A stretch of 64,000 bases of DNA from the IMG/VR virus record IMGVR_UViG_3300031951_000036; one strand, 5' to 3'. Shown here one piece after another: positions 9,872-18,564 of the stretch; within the stretch, counting starts at the first letter, position 1, and every line of letters starts with the position of its first letter. This DNA is from an uncultured virus (IMG/VR IMGVR_UViG_3300031951_000036). Lineage: Duplodnaviria > Heunggongvirae > Uroviricota > Caudoviricetes. Position numbers and translations under genes: made by a program. Under the pieces are notes generated by a model. It was not told the DNA's origin, did not search any database, and worked only from the letters and a program-made list of their open reading frames with translations.

Positions 9872-12070
9872 TCATCGCAGATTCCTGAAGGGATTTCTGG
9901 GTTTTCTCATACTTGAAGAACCGCCACTGGCATTACCCATGTGACGAAAGGGGCTCTTATATAATGTACTGAATTTGGAAGAGTTCTCCAAATTACTCTC
10001 CTCACGTTCAACGCGTTTGCTGTAGCCCCTGTTGGACTCCTGCACTTTGGCAAATGCCACCAGCGCACAGAATGCCACCAGTCTATCCACGTTGAGTCCT
10101 TTGCGGTAAGCCTGCATTTCTTTTAACAACATTGCATCTGGAATGCGCTCTACTCCATGGGTGCGTTTCACAATGGTTCCATGTTCGTCACTCTCATGGT
10201 CAAGTTCTTCTTCCATGAACTGCACGGCATAACTCAGCAAGTTGCCACGGAAGATGTTACCTACGTTACGCCAGCCATATTCCTGGTAGACGTTGGTGTT
10301 GCTCATCAGCTCTTTGAGAAACATGATCTGGTTTTTGGGCACCAGGTATTTCTGCTTGCGACGCGAAATCATGTACTGGATAAACAGCGAGATGTTGTTT
10401 TCCACAATGGTCCACGCATTGTACCACTCAATGATCAGTTCCAGGCGCTCATGCGTTTTGTTGAGGTCATCAAAACGACCGCACCAACTAGCGACAATCT
10501 TGTCACGTTCAATCACCTGCTCAATGCTACCGTCTTTCTTGTGCTTGGTGACTTCCTGGGACGTCTTGTATACGTAGATGGAACACAAAGATTCTGAGGT
10601 TGTTGTCTTACCTTCTGCCACAGGGTCAATGCTGGCGTAGTACGTACCGAAGGCTGCGTCTTTCTGCGGGCGTTCATACACGCAAATGACTCCCTCTTTG
10701 TTCTGTGTCTTAGGCGTAATGGGAAACTCCAGGATGGGCAGCTTTTTGCTGTCCTGTGCCTGAATCTTACCATGCTCATCGCGGTAGAGCTCTACGTACT
10801 CAGAAAAGTATGTCTTGTCTTCAATGCGTCTCAGCTGTTGAGTAACCAGGTGCAGCGGGAACACGGAGTCTTCCCTGCTGGCAAAAGCCTCTGAAATGTA
10901 CATGGGTTTCTGAGACACCCTAAGCTGGTACTCATCCGGGCGTAGTTTCTTTTTCCAATCCTCACGCTCTGCCAGGATCATGGTCATGGCTTCCTCCACT
11001 TTGGAATTACCCCACTGGTCAATGCAGGGAATCATACTCCACTGCTCTGGAATAAAGAGTCCACACTCCCCAATTTGCCCGTTCTCATCCATCAGGTTGG
11101 TCTCTATGGCAAGCACATCCTTGGAATCGGGGTTCATGATCAGGTCTTTCAGTGGCTCACACTGCTCCAAATCTCCTACAGAACCTGCCACTACAAACTG
11201 TCCCGTGTAGACCATACCCGATTTCATGGCAGGTAACAGGTACTCCAGGGTCTTACCCATGTGTGGGGCAATACCTGCCTCCTCATGGAAGAACAACGTA
11301 CAAGGACCACCGACACCATTGGTAGGGTCTTTCTCCAGTACCAGGCCTATGAGAACGCTTTTCAGACCCACGTCGCGCTTGCGGCCACCCTGGTTAATCT
11401 CAATCTTCTGTTCCCAGTTCAATACCTTGTCAGGATTGCTGGGACGGTACCATGCAGTATGCGTGTTCAGGAAGTTTCGGTACTCCTCTAGGAAACGCCA
11501 AGTGCCTTTCTCTGCGATGTAGTCTTTCAGAGAACCGGCCATCTTGTTGATCGCACCCTCTTCAAACCAGTAGAGGTTGATCATCTTGGCCGCATGAAAA
11601 TAGGATGACGCAATCTGACGTTTCTTCAGGATTGCAGCATGTTTGTAGTGTTGCTTGGCCAGTTCCTCGTAGAGGGCCATGTGGTACTGGGCATCCCGTA
11701 CATCCGGGAAGGTGAACTTCCCCACCTCTTTGTTGTAGATAGGTAGGAAGTTCAGCCACATGTAGTAGTCACGGGTAAGATACCAGGTCTTTTTCCCATT
11801 TTTGTAGATCACCCCGTTGCGGCACTTGTCTTTCTCAGTATCCCAGTAGGCTACAAAATCCTTACTCTTGGGTGGAGCAGGGCAATAAAACTTGTCTATG
11901 TTAAACCTACGCGCCTGCTTGTTGAATAGCAGAGAGCACTCGTCAAACTCGTATTGACCAGGCTGTTTGAACATTGACCACAAGAACTCACAAAATGTTT
12001 CACGTGTCACAAATTCTGTGTGGCTCCACTCACCGGTGGCGTAATCATAGGTTGGGATCTTAATGTGCAT
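9872..12070 (-). CDS. terL: Terminase large subunit
   Basis: ILKKRQIASS (Walker A-like), FFHEEAG (Walker B), YYASIDPV nuclease motif, NVDRLVAF; start placed at ATG 12070, which overlaps the upstream TGA. Confidence 0.9.
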   Translation of the reverse strand: MHIKIPTYDYATGEWSHTEFVTRETFCEFLWSMFKQPGQYEFDECSLLFNKQARRFNIDKFYCPAPPKSKDFVAYWDTEKDKCRNGVIYKNGKKTWYLTRDYYMWLNFLPIYNKEVGKFTFPDVRDAQYHMALYEELAKQHYKHAAILKKRQIASSYFHAAKMINLYWFEEGAINKMAGSLKDYIAEKGTWRFLEEYRNFLNTHTAWYRPSNPDKVLNWEQKIEINQGGRKRDVGLKSVLIGLVLEKDPTNGVGGPCTLFFHEEAGIAPHMGKTLEYLLPAMKSGMVYTGQFVVAGSVGDLEQCEPLKDLIMNPDSKDVLAIETNLMDENGQIGECGLFIPEQWSMIPCIDQWGNSKVEEAMTMILAEREDWKKKLRPDEYQLRVSQKPMYISEAFASREDSVFPLHLVTQQLRRIEDKTYFSEYVELYRDEHGKIQAQDSKKLPILEFPITPKTQNKEGVICVYERPQKDAAFGTYYASIDPVAEGKTTTSESLCSIYVYKTSQEVTKHKKDGSIEQVIERDKIVASWCGRFDDLNKTHERLELIIEWYNAWTIVENNISLFIQYMISRRKQKYLVPKNQIMFLKELMSNTNVYQEYGWRNVGNIFRGNLLSYAVQFMEEELDHESDEHGTIVKRTHGVERIPDAMLLKEMQAYRKGLNVDRLVAFCALVAFAKVQESNRGYSKRVEREESNLENSSKFSTLYKSPFRHMGNASGGSSSMRKPRNPFRNLR

Positions 12071-12249
12071 CAGTCTTTCAAATCGTCTACTATCAGGCGC
12101 ACGTGACCCGTACTTACGGGCCATATCACCTGTTTGATTTCATAGGTATTGTTGTCCAACTCAATCCAGTCTCCTTTGCAAGGAACCTGTCTAAAATCAA
12201 AGTATGCCAGTGTACCTTCTGCTTTATGGATGATTGCTGTTGAGGGCAT
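12070..12249 (-). CDS. Small hypothetical protein (59 aa, not in ORF track)
   Basis: MPSTAIIHKAEGTLAYFDFRQVPCKGDWIEL...; TGATG coupling to terL. Confidence 0.55.
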   Translation of the reverse strand: MPSTAIIHKAEGTLAYFDFRQVPCKGDWIELDNNTYEIKQVIWPVSTGHVRLIVDDLKD

Positions 12250-12586
12250 TGCAGGTATTTTTTAATTTTTCCAGTAGGGAGGTCACACAGTTGGCTTCAA
12301 TCAGCGGGTGTTTCATTTCACTCCTGTTCCAGTAAGCAGCGTGGTCTTCACGGTGAAAAGCATACCAAGTATTGGTATAACTGTTATAGTGAAGCAGCCA
12401 CTCATACATCCACTCTTGATTTGTTTTTATACAAGGTGTTGTATCAAGCTGTCTGTGCTTCATGTGCAGGTTCAACCCTTTAATGAAGAGTTTAATGGAA
12501 AGCTTTTCTGCCCACTGGAGATTGTACAAAAACTCTGAAAGTTTCAGCAACAAACATGAGGCAATTTTATATAGTGTCTTTTTCAT
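12224..12586 (-). CDS. Hypothetical protein
   Basis: ATG at 12586 in ORF-track frame 12224..12715; WLLHYNSYTNTWYAFHRE. Confidence 0.5.
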   Translation of the reverse strand: MKKTLYKIASCLLLKLSEFLYNLQWAEKLSIKLFIKGLNLHMKHRQLDTTPCIKTNQEWMYEWLLHYNSYTNTWYAFHREDHAAYWNRSEMKHPLIEANCVTSLLEKLKNTCNALNSNHP

Positions 12587-12785
12587 AAGGATAAAATTTT
12601 GCATGCAAGTAGTATAAACCAAAGAACAGTCCCGACAGGCAGTAAAACACAAAGTCCGTAGTCCAGTAGGAACCTGTCCACTCCATGACCAGGGCGAACA
12701 AGGCATCGAAGCCAAAGGGGTTGAAGAACATCGCCAGCATCAGCAGGATGTTTCTGGTGTGGGTATGTCTGAGTACTCGTATCAT
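12567..12785 (-). CDS. Small membrane protein
   Basis: 72 aa, two hydrophobic segments, FFNPFGFDALF. Confidence 0.5.
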   Translation of the reverse strand: MIRVLRHTHTRNILLMLAMFFNPFGFDALFALVMEWTGSYWTTDFVFYCLSGLFFGLYYLHAKFYPYEKDTI

Positions 12786-12815
12786 CAGGGTCCATAGGAT
12801 CAGTATTCGTTAAAC

Positions 12816-13340
12816 TTACATCTGGTCATAGCCCAGCTGTTGTCCTCCGCGCACCATGCTCTTTTGTTCTTCCATCAGGTCTTTGTACGCTCCTTTGAAA
12901 CTCATGCGGATGGCCTCAAATTTGGCAGCAGCATTGACCAGGGAGTTGATGTTCCCGTCACGCCCGTGTTCAATGGGTGTGGTTTCCATGTACTTGGCCA
13001 GGCGGTCCAGCATGTGCTTCATACCAATGTATGCGCGGTAGGTAGGTGTCTCGTATAGTTTTTTGCACATATCCAGGGCGTACAGGATAGGCTCGTCTTC
13101 TGTAGAAAAGTCTGGCTGAATCTGCGAGAGGATAAGCTCCTCCTTTTCATTTTCTGGCGTGTCAAAAAACGGGTTCATGTCCGGGTTAGGACAAGTCATA
13201 TAGAACAGGTACAGGTACACTTTCATGTAACTGTCCGGATATTCTTCCATGATGTCCTTCAGGAACTTCAGCGCGTAGCAATGTTCTGAGGGAATGATGG
13301 CTCCTTCATGTATATCAAATAGTTTTACCATGTCTTCCAA
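12816..13340 (-). CDS. Conserved crAss-like hypothetical protein upstream of terminase
   Basis: 174 aa ending VRGGQQLGYDQM; tightly packed in operon. Confidence 0.6.
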   Translation of the reverse strand: MEDMVKLFDIHEGAIIPSEHCYALKFLKDIMEEYPDSYMKVYLYLFYMTCPNPDMNPFFDTPENEKEELILSQIQPDFSTEDEPILYALDMCKKLYETPTYRAYIGMKHMLDRLAKYMETTPIEHGRDGNINSLVNAAAKFEAIRMSFKGAYKDLMEEQKSMVRGGQQLGYDQM

Positions 13341-13521
13341 AGGTTAGGTTGTTTCTTACTCTCAGATCCTTGTGCGTGAACTGCCACATCTCTCCTGTCT
13401 CATCAATTATTACCGTGTATACTGTATCCGTTTCATGTCCGTAGTCTGTCACTAGCCATACGACTCCTTTACCTTTAGGTGTGATTACCTCCAGGCGGTT
13501 GTGTGGTTCGTAGATCATCAT
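13315..13521 (-). CDS. Small hypothetical protein
   Basis: 68 aa, overlaps both neighbours. Confidence 0.55.
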   Translation of the reverse strand: MMIYEPHNRLEVITPKGKGVVWLVTDYGHETDTVYTVIIDETGEMWQFTHKDLRVRNNLTFGRHGKTI

Positions 13522-14189
13522 AGCAGCGTGACTTGTATTTGTTCATCCCGCTCTACCAGGTGATAGTACAGCTCTATATCAGCGCTCCACCCAGCTCCTG
13601 TCCAGAACTCAAAACCTTTGAACCCTGCCTTGTAGCGACAGCATTTCTCATAACCTCCCAGCAGATACACGTGCGTGCAGTGCAGCTGAGAAGCCAGATT
13701 GCATTCGTGCATTTGGGCAATGTTACCCAGCGACAGACCAGGATGTTCATAGTTGGATATGAACTGCATGGCCACAAACTGGTCATCATAGGTTTTGTAA
13801 AAACTTACACCGGCCAGCTTGTCATCGTGCCAATACTCAATACACTGGCAACCTTCAAAGTGTTCCCACTGTATATCCCTGGCAAATCCATGGTACGCAC
13901 AGTATTGCTCGTAAATTTTTTTGTATGCGTCCTGGTGCAGAATGAAATCACCAGGGCGGGCAGTCACCTTCTTACTCAGCCTTTTGACTGTTTCAGACGG
14001 ACGGTATAAGGAAAGGTCCAGGCGTACACTGCGCAGGTTATACCATTCAGAACCCCAAGGGATCCACCCTTCTTTGAGTGCATCCGCGCCAGATTCTCCT
14101 GGCTCCAGGATTCCATAGGGCGCGGAGTAGATAAAGTCTAAGTCAGAGACCTTACCAAAACCTTCTATGTGGTCAAAGTGCACTTTCAC
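13518..14189 (-). CDS. ATE1/Bpt-like aminoacyl-tRNA--protein transferase (GNAT-like fold)
   Basis: RSVRLDLSLYRPS, IEYWHDDKLAGVS, LSLG...HVYLLGGYEKCCRYKAGF match the ATE C-terminal pattern; GTGA/ATGA overlaps with neighbours. Confidence 0.65.
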   Translation of the reverse strand: MKVHFDHIEGFGKVSDLDFIYSAPYGILEPGESGADALKEGWIPWGSEWYNLRSVRLDLSLYRPSETVKRLSKKVTARPGDFILHQDAYKKIYEQYCAYHGFARDIQWEHFEGCQCIEYWHDDKLAGVSFYKTYDDQFVAMQFISNYEHPGLSLGNIAQMHECNLASQLHCTHVYLLGGYEKCCRYKAGFKGFEFWTGAGWSADIELYYHLVERDEQIQVTLL

Positions 14190-15034
14190 TTTTTCTTTTT
14201 CTTTTGCAGCATAGCTGCGTTGTCCTTGTACCAGCTCATGATAGAGAGGACCTCATCTTTAAGATACGGCAACTCATAGGGAATCACCTCTTTTACGATG
14301 GGTTCTCCGTTACTATCCAGTTTGCTAATGGGATAACCAAACTCATCTTTCTCCTCTTCCTCTTCAAACACGATGTGGTGGATGGTAAGCTTTCCCGCCT
14401 TGAGGTTGGGATTATGCTTCAGGATCATGTACATGTAAATGCTCAGCTGGAGGTTGTAGTGGTTCAGGTTACAGTCGTCCAGGTGTGATACCGGAAAGCC
14501 CATCTTCTGTGAGATGCCCTCCCAGTTCTTGAACGACTCTGCTTTGATCTCCTTGTTGGTTTTGTAGTCGGTGATGTGCACCTGTCCATCCGCAACCTCC
14601 ACCAGGTCTGACTGTCCGCAGATCCCTGCTGAGCGTAAATACACCATGTGCTCTGGATAGATACCTTCAATCAGTTTCTGAGAAGGCGCCATCTTTTTTC
14701 CGTTCTCATCAAACATGGGACGGATCACCGGCAGCTCCTTGTTGTGACGATTCAAGGTTGTGCAGCCGGTGATGTCCTGCTCCCGCTGGTCATGGTACCA
14801 GTTTCCCAGGCTACAAGCCCTGTCAGATTCTTTCTTCCAGGCAGCTTGTATCTGTTCCACCGTCATACCATACCATTTACCCTTTTTGTTAGCCGCGCTT
14901 TTTTTCGCTACCGCGTTGCTGTCAAAAGGTTGTTTGAGGTGTCCGATCAGTGTAGTGACACTGGTCCAGAGTGTCGCATCAGAAGCGTCAATGCTTTTGT
15001 ACGAGTGGGTTGAAGGTTCAAATACTAAGGACAT
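14186..15034 (-). CDS. PD-(D/E)XK nuclease
   Basis: SVTTLI, ICGQSDLV, ITDYKTN, YNLQLSIY motifs. Confidence 0.8.
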   Translation of the reverse strand: MSLVFEPSTHSYKSIDASDATLWTSVTTLIGHLKQPFDSNAVAKKSAANKKGKWYGMTVEQIQAAWKKESDRACSLGNWYHDQREQDITGCTTLNRHNKELPVIRPMFDENGKKMAPSQKLIEGIYPEHMVYLRSAGICGQSDLVEVADGQVHITDYKTNKEIKAESFKNWEGISQKMGFPVSHLDDCNLNHYNLQLSIYMYMILKHNPNLKAGKLTIHHIVFEEEEEKDEFGYPISKLDSNGEPIVKEVIPYELPYLKDEVLSIMSWYKDNAAMLQKKKKK

Positions 15035-15345
15035 TACGATTCAATTTGAGATTTGATCATGTCCTCCTCTTCCTGTGTCACCACAGCTTCCCACTTCTGT
15101 TTGTCACAGGCGCTCGACAGTGAGCGCAGCTTCAGGGCAAGAGAGCATCCGCAGGCTCCGCAACAAGGTTGGGTGCCGGGAACTACGCAGCTCTTGCCGG
15201 TTTTGTCAAGGAACTCGCAATCGTTGCAAATAGCCTGGCGTTCAGCGGCTACTTCCTCCACGTGTTCATTCTTGAAGACACTATTGGTGATTCCCTCAAG
15301 AATCTTCCCCTTGTTCTTCCAGATTTGTATCAGGGTATGTTTCAT
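15034..15345 (-). CDS. Cys-rich Zn-binding protein
   Basis: CxxC ... CCGACGC ... C pattern. Confidence 0.6.
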   Translation of the reverse strand: MKHTLIQIWKNKGKILEGITNSVFKNEHVEEVAAERQAICNDCEFLDKTGKSCVVPGTQPCCGACGCSLALKLRSLSSACDKQKWEAVVTQEEEDMIKSQIES

Positions 15346-15715
15346 AGGTGTTAGATTTTCTTAATTCCATAATACCAGCCTTGCGATCCTTCTCAGCCTG
15401 CATCATTTCCTGTAGCTTGTGGAACTTTTTCAGGTCTTCAATGTGTGTGAGGCGTACCTCGTAGGCGCGCATGGTGTTGATCTTTTCCAGGAACGGTATC
15501 TTATTTACCGTATGGTCAATCTTTTTCTGCAGGCTCTTGGGTTTTATCACAAACCTGCCCAGGTTAGGTACCTGCAGCGAGTGGTAGTCTCCACTGCTCA
15601 GGCGTTTGTGCAGCGTAGAGTAGAAGAAACTCACAATGTCTTCCACCAGCTCAGCTGGCAACTCCATCTGCTGCGCTGTTTTAGCAATCAGCTCTTTACG
15701 CTTTACCGGTCTCAA
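15296..15715 (-). CDS. IHF/HU-like DNA-binding protein
   Basis: KELIAKTAQQMEL...VEDIVSFF...LQVPNLGRFVIK; crAss head modules carry IHF homologs. Confidence 0.7.
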   Translation of the reverse strand: MRPVKRKELIAKTAQQMELPAELVEDIVSFFYSTLHKRLSSGDYHSLQVPNLGRFVIKPKSLQKKIDHTVNKIPFLEKINTMRAYEVRLTHIEDLKKFHKLQEMMQAEKDRKAGIMELRKSNTYETYPDTNLEEQGEDS

Positions 15716-16091
15716 CAGCTAAAAAGTTATAGTCCAACAACACATTTCCTTTGGCAGCCACCGGGATGCGCTTGGTAATCTCAATCATCTTTTTACCGCG
15801 CTTGTTTTTCTCAACCAGCGCCCGTTTTTCCAATTTGACAATGCGGTTGCGCACGTTCTGTGCCCGCACCGCAATCTCCTCTGGCTTGATGCCAGGGTTC
15901 AGTTTTTTGGCAGCCTGGGTACAAAATGCACCCAGCTCCATGGGACCCCACAAGGCAAGCAGGGTCAGCAGCTCTATGTCAGAAGGGATCAGGTGTTCTT
16001 TAGCAAAGAACATTACCTCTGTCATGATCTGATATTTCACCAGGTCATGTGAAGTGACCCTGATTTTTTTTTGGATTCTGTTGACTTCCAT
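15696..16091 (-). CDS. Winged-helix-like hypothetical protein
   Basis: AQNVRNRIVKLEKRALVEKN pattern. Confidence 0.5.
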   Translation of the reverse strand: MEVNRIQKKIRVTSHDLVKYQIMTEVMFFAKEHLIPSDIELLTLLALWGPMELGAFCTQAAKKLNPGIKPEEIAVRAQNVRNRIVKLEKRALVEKNKRGKKMIEITKRIPVAAKGNVLLDYNFLAVETGKA

Positions 16092-16107
16092 AGGTCTTTA
16101 GTATTGT

Positions 16108-16197
16108 ATCGCTGCACCCAGGACTTGCACCTGGATAACACCCGTTGTCACAAATGTTGCCAGTATTTGTGACGAGCTGCCCCACCCGACAGCAGAT
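16108..16197 (-). ncRNA. tRNA-like structured RNA (T-arm plus long central hairpin)
   Basis: Closing stem GCTGT/GCAGC, hairpin GTCACAAAT/ATTTGTGAC, T-arm-like CCAGG-TGCAAGT-CCTGG. Confidence 0.45.
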
Positions 16198-16251
16198 GTG
16201 GTTAACTTTAAGCTTCGCCCAGTGCGCGATACCATGTGGTTTTTCATGTCG

Positions 16252-16332
16252 TTGTGCAGGAGGGACTCGAACCCCCAAGCCTCACGGACCAGATTTACAG
16301 TCTGGCGAGCCAACCAGTTGCTCAACTGCACA
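16252..16332 (-). tRNA. tRNA-Tyr(GTA)
   Basis: Acceptor TGTGCAG/CTGCACA, anticodon arm CCAGA-CTGTAAA-TCTGG, variable arm, T loop TTCGAGT. Confidence 0.9.
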
Positions 16333-16342
16333 AAGTGGATTC

Positions 16343-16633
16343 TTAATCTAAAATCATCCAGTCTTCAGACAGCATGTCCGTCTGAGAGGCAAGCCATCCC
16401 ATCAGGATCTTGTTGTCTGCGGTTTTGAACAAGATATATGGCAATACTTCAGCAGTACCACCGTTTTGTTCTGCAAATGCACGGGTGTGAGGATTCCAGA
16501 ACTTCTCTGCTTCTAGTGCAGGGTTTCCTTCACCCAAAGCAACCCACATCCCTTTACCATTCCAGCCGGCACGGCAAGCGCGCTTACCAGCTTTTAGCGC
16601 TTCAAGCGCTTGACCATAACTTAGATTGCTCAT
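16343..16633 (-). CDS. Tad2-like (DUF2829-type) nucleotide-sponge anti-defence protein
   Basis: YGQALEALKAGKRACRAGWNGKGMW ... WLASQTDMLSEDW family signature. Confidence 0.8.
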   Translation of the reverse strand: MSNLSYGQALEALKAGKRACRAGWNGKGMWVALGEGNPALEAEKFWNPHTRAFAEQNGGTAEVLPYILFKTADNKILMGWLASQTDMLSEDWMILD

Positions 16634-16878
16634 TTCTTCAGCCCCTTGGCAATGCCCTTTACCGCATACATCTGCGCTGTTTCTAACTCTGTCATGGCAA
16701 TGCTAAAGCAACGCTTGGCCTCACCATCTTCTGTACCAAGCAATTCATTGTTACAATAATCAATGGCATCTGCCATCATACGTTTGAATGTTCCAATCTT
16801 GTCATCTGAAGATGGATTGAAATTGATATGACATCTAGACTCCCCTAGTGTCAATGTTCTCATGTCTGTGTTTTCCAT
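16630..16878 (-). CDS. Acb2/Tad1-like helical-hairpin protein (putative signal sponge)
   Basis: TLGESRCHINFNPS ... KRCFSIAMTELETAQMYAVKGIA resembles the Acb2/Tad1 C-terminal hairpin; start at 16878 avoids overlap with the tRNA. Confidence 0.6.
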   Translation of the reverse strand: MENTDMRTLTLGESRCHINFNPSSDDKIGTFKRMMADAIDYCNNELLGTEDGEAKRCFSIAMTELETAQMYAVKGIAKGLKK

Positions 16879-16895
16879 ACTTGGTTTTAAAGTAG

Positions 16896-16970
16896 TTGCG
16901 GGGGCAGGGCTCGAACCTGCGTACTTCGGCTTATGAGACCGAGCTGGGACCAACTCCAGTCTACCCCGCC
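16896..16970 (-). tRNA. tRNA-Met(CAT), initiator-like
   Basis: GGCGGGG/CCCCGCA acceptor with 1:72 mismatch; TCGGT-CTCATAA-GCCGA; T arm GCAGG-TTCGAGC-CCTGC. Confidence 0.85.
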
Positions 16971-16979
16971 ATCCAGAGG

Positions 16980-17267
16980 TTACCACACAATGGCCACCTC
17001 ATATTCGTTCAACATCAGGTAATGCTTGTCTTCCAACGGTAACACTTCGCATGACTGCAACGCGCTGCCAGAGATGTACACTTCGTCCCCTGCTTTTACA
17101 CCTTCTACTTCTTCACCAACCGCAGACACTTTAAGACGTGTCCACTTGCTGATGAACTCACGGTCCAGTGCAGCTTGCTGTTCTGGGGTCAACTCAATGG
17201 CTGACTTCGGACGCTCTGGTTTCTCAATAAGAATCCTTCGTCCCTTAAGGGCTTTAAACTCTAGCAT
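16980..17267 (-). CDS. GroES/Cpn10-like co-chaperonin
   Basis: LKGRRILIEK ... VSAVGEEVEGVKAGDEVYI ... YLMLNEYEVAIV. Confidence 0.7.
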   Translation of the reverse strand: MLEFKALKGRRILIEKPERPKSAIELTPEQQAALDREFISKWTRLKVSAVGEEVEGVKAGDEVYISGSALQSCEVLPLEDKHYLMLNEYEVAIVW

Positions 17268-17515
17268 TATTTCTCTTTCTTTAATGACCTTACTTTAGGA
17301 CTTTCTTCCTCCTCGTCAGCAGGAGCTTCGTTTTGCTTTTGTTGAACCTGGGCCAGGAACAAAGTGGCCTGCAGGCGTTCAGCGTCAGATTTGGCAGCAC
17401 GGGCTTGCTGTTCAGCAAGGTCTGCACGGAGAGTTGCCAGTTCAATCTGGTCTTTGTACCACGCTACTACTTCTTCGCGAGATACTTCCTTTTCAGGAGT
17501 TTCAGTGTTTGACAT
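17267..17515 (-). CDS. Coiled-coil hypothetical protein
   Basis: ATG 17515; upstream TATATTTG promoter element on minus strand near 17560-17567. Confidence 0.6.
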   Translation of the reverse strand: MSNTETPEKEVSREEVVAWYKDQIELATLRADLAEQQARAAKSDAERLQATLFLAQVQQKQNEAPADEEEESPKVRSLKKEK

Positions 17516-17625
17516 AGGGTTAGTTGGTTTATTCAGCAAACTGCTGAGATTTAACACTACAAATATACTTAAAAAGTTTAACCTCTACAAATTTATGTAT
17601 ATTTTTGTACCTCTACAATATCACT

Positions 17626-17988
17626 ATGAAAAAATACCAACTGAAGCGTGAGCACGATGGGCTCACCAAAGAGGCAGACAAGATTGCCTGGGTTGAATGG
17701 AACGACAAGGGTTATCTGAAAAAGATGCATGATGAGCCTGCACCAGGCAGGTCTTTGATGCTGGATCCTCAGTACTCTTACTCCTATACCTGGCTTACAA
17801 CAGAAGTGGCCGAGATCCAGCAACAGACCTCAGCCACCGTACAGTTTAGAACTAAAAATTCTACGTACACCTTAACCAATAATGAGGCTGCTACCGAACC
17901 CTCCATATCCGCGCAAACTTATTCTCCGGTTGAATCACCTGACCCTTTATCACCAGATGCTCAAAGTCAGATTTTATCAGACGTTTGA
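17626..17988 (+). CDS. Hypothetical protein
   Basis: ATG 17626 after TATTTTTG; WLTTEV...FRTKNSTYTL; 3' end overlaps the opposite-strand ORF. Confidence 0.55.
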   Translation: MKKYQLKREHDGLTKEADKIAWVEWNDKGYLKKMHDEPAPGRSLMLDPQYSYSYTWLTTEVAEIQQQTSATVQFRTKNSTYTLTNNEAATEPSISAQTYSPVESPDPLSPDAQSQILSDV

Positions 17989-18196
17989 CAGAATGCAGTT
18001 TGGATTTGGGTACCACAAACGATTGCCTGGGTTTGATCTTCTTTAGGATGTCACCGGCCTGTTGTAAGAACAGCGGGTCTCTGACGCCACGTTCAGGTAA
18101 CGGTACATTGTCTTCAAGCGTTAACAAAGACATCTCCTGTTTTAAGACCCTAGGTCTGCCAGCTGATTTCACTGGCTGCTTTTTTGAATTTGCCAT
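17891..18196 (-). CDS. Hypothetical DNA-binding-like protein
   Basis: LEDNVPLP ... QSFVVP ... ARIWRV. Confidence 0.5.
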   Translation of the reverse strand: MANSKKQPVKSAGRPRVLKQEMSLLTLEDNVPLPERGVRDPLFLQQAGDILKKIKPRQSFVVPKSKLHSVKRLIKSDFEHLVIKGQVIQPENKFARIWRVR

Positions 18197-18279
18197 TTGA
18201 AAAGAAGGTTTTGACTTTGGAGAGGTAAGCTAATAAAAACCAACCAAGCAGCAAAATTTTTCTGTAGAGCTAACAAATT

Positions 18280-18564
18280 ATGAAACAACAATTTAACATC
18301 AAGTCAAAGTTCAGTCTGTTTGCCACCGGTGCTGTGCAAGTTTATTTTGTGGCAATTAATACGTATTTTCTTAGTAGAGAGTTTTACCTGGGCGTCACCT
18401 TTGCCGCCTTTATGATCTCCATGATATGGTCCCACAACATCAAGAAGATAGCATTTGGCACCACAATGGACAGGGTGCTGTACTCCCTGGGGGCGACCCT
18501 AGGGTCTCTGGCCGGACTGGCGACCTCCAAAGCATTGACCAACCTAATATCCCAGGCACTATGA
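18280..18564 (+). CDS. Membrane protein
   Basis: 94 aa, three hydrophobic segments. Confidence 0.55.
   Translation: MKQQFNIKSKFSLFATGAVQVYFVAINTYFLSREFYLGVTFAAFMISMIWSHNIKKIAFGTTMDRVLYSLGATLGSLAGLATSKALTNLISQAL

Noticed and set aside
9872..12124. Introns or inteins in terL (also polB, dnaB, nrdJ); ORF-track start at 12124
   Set aside because: Reading frames are continuous with ordinary lengths; the 12124 start lies within a separate small upstream ORF
16879..16986. N-terminal extension of ORF 16630..16986 and ORFs 16045..16278, 16098..16331
   Set aside because: They translate through tRNA genes
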